DNA of 63,557 nt, counting the filler, from Pirum gemmata (Eukaryota), in assembly GCA_002812295.1 (NCBI GenBank). It is 22 parts of 22 records of this genome, joined end to end, with 100 filler letters (N's around TTAATTAATTAA, not from the genome) between each part and the next. Parts side by side here need not be neighbours in the genome. Positions count along the whole stretch, not along the records: positions 60,955 to 63,557 come from PDIN01005436.1; 21 more parts are not named here. One strand, written 5' to 3'. Position 1 is the first letter of the stretch, and every line of letters begins with the position of its first letter. The translations under genes were made by a program, and so were the position numbers. Shown in pieces: positions 62,790-63,557 of the stretch. The notes under the pieces are model-generated. The model saw only the letters and a list, made by a program, of their open reading frames with translations, was not told where the DNA came from and made no database searches.

Positions 62790-63432
62790 AACCACTAACC
62801 GTAACTGTAACCACTAACCGTAACCGTAACCACTAACCGTAACCGTAACCACTAACCGTAACCATAACCACTAACCGTAACCGTAACTACTAACCGTAAC
62901 CGTAACCACTAACCGTAACCGTAACCGTAACCGTAACCGTTAACCGTAACCGTTAACCGTAACCGTAACCGTAACCACTAACCGAAACCACTAACCGAAA
63001 CCACTAACCGTAACCGTAACCACTACTAGAACCACTAACCATACCCGTAACCGTAACCGTAACCGTAACCGTAACCGTAACCGTAACCGTAACCGTAACC
63101 GTAACCGTAACCGTAACCGTCACCGTAGTAACCCGTAACCGTAGTAACCGTAATCGTAACCTTAACCGTAACTGTAACCGTAACCCTAACCCTAACCCTA
63201 ACCCTAATCCTAATCTTAACCCTAACCCTAACCCTAACACCAATCCTAATCCTAACCTTAACCCTAATCCTAATCTTAACCCTAACCCTAACACACTAAT
63301 CCTAACCCTAACACTAACACTAATACGTTGGGGTAACGATTATGGTTAAGATTGGGTTAGGGCTTAGGATTGGGCTTAGACTTAAGCTTAAGGTTAAGCT
63401 TAGGGTTAAGCTTACGGTTAGGGTTAGGGTTA
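62790..63432. repeat. (CCGTAA)n/(CCACTAA) tract grading into (CCCTAA)n, then inverted TTAGGG-like repeats
   Basis: Direct reading; similar CCGTAA tracts at 50164-50270 and 60955-61131. Confidence 0.92.
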
Positions 63433-63487
63433 TACTTAACTCGTACATCTTTTTTTCATTTTTTTATGATTAATATTCTTTCCGTAG

Positions 63488-63520
63488 GTTACCTGGGACT
63501 TTTAACCGGCATGAAAAAAG
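63488..63520 (+). CDS. Possible 33-nt exon resembling the acid ceramidase/NAAA GYxGxLTG motif
   Basis: Pyrimidine tract + CGTAG| ...|GTATAT; reads (G)YLGLLTGMKK(G). Too short for a firm call. Confidence 0.35.
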
Positions 63521-63557
63521 GTATATAGAAATAGGAGAAATAATTGTAATAATAATA

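Overview
This window is not one locus. It is 22 short scaffolds (mostly about 2.6 kb) from an AT-rich, intron-containing eukaryote, joined by an artificial ~100-nt spacer (N-run + TTAATTAATTAA + N-run), so adjacency across spacers means nothing biologically. TTAGGG telomere-type repeats and variant hexamers occur throughout, including inside introns, transposons and one ORF. Repeats include at least seven short dispersed families (several PIF/Harbinger-type MITEs with 3-bp TSDs), a decayed copia RT, a small copia-like LTR element, a decayed LINE and tRNA-derived SINE-like pieces. Genes reconstructed by eye: a spliced DUF985/Cupin_5 gene, a type I membrane Kazal protein, a small secreted Cys-rich protein, an intronless ankyrin-repeat gene, a Pro-rich scaffold with ITIM-like and SH3-ligand motifs plus nearby PH-domain exons, a spliced secreted protein resembling a bacterial toxin tip, a PKA-like kinase exon and a TMEM8/CREST-like membrane protein. 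The standout is 25751..27421, an intact, intronless giant-virus (NCLDV)-type poly(A) polymerase homolog with a predicted signal peptide and C-terminal membrane anchor, i.e. a candidate domesticated viral nucleotidyltransferase facing the lumen or cell exterior. TTAGGG plus pTyr-type scaffolds would fit a unicellular holozoan, but that is inference only. Most short ORFs in the supplied track are microsatellite artefacts.
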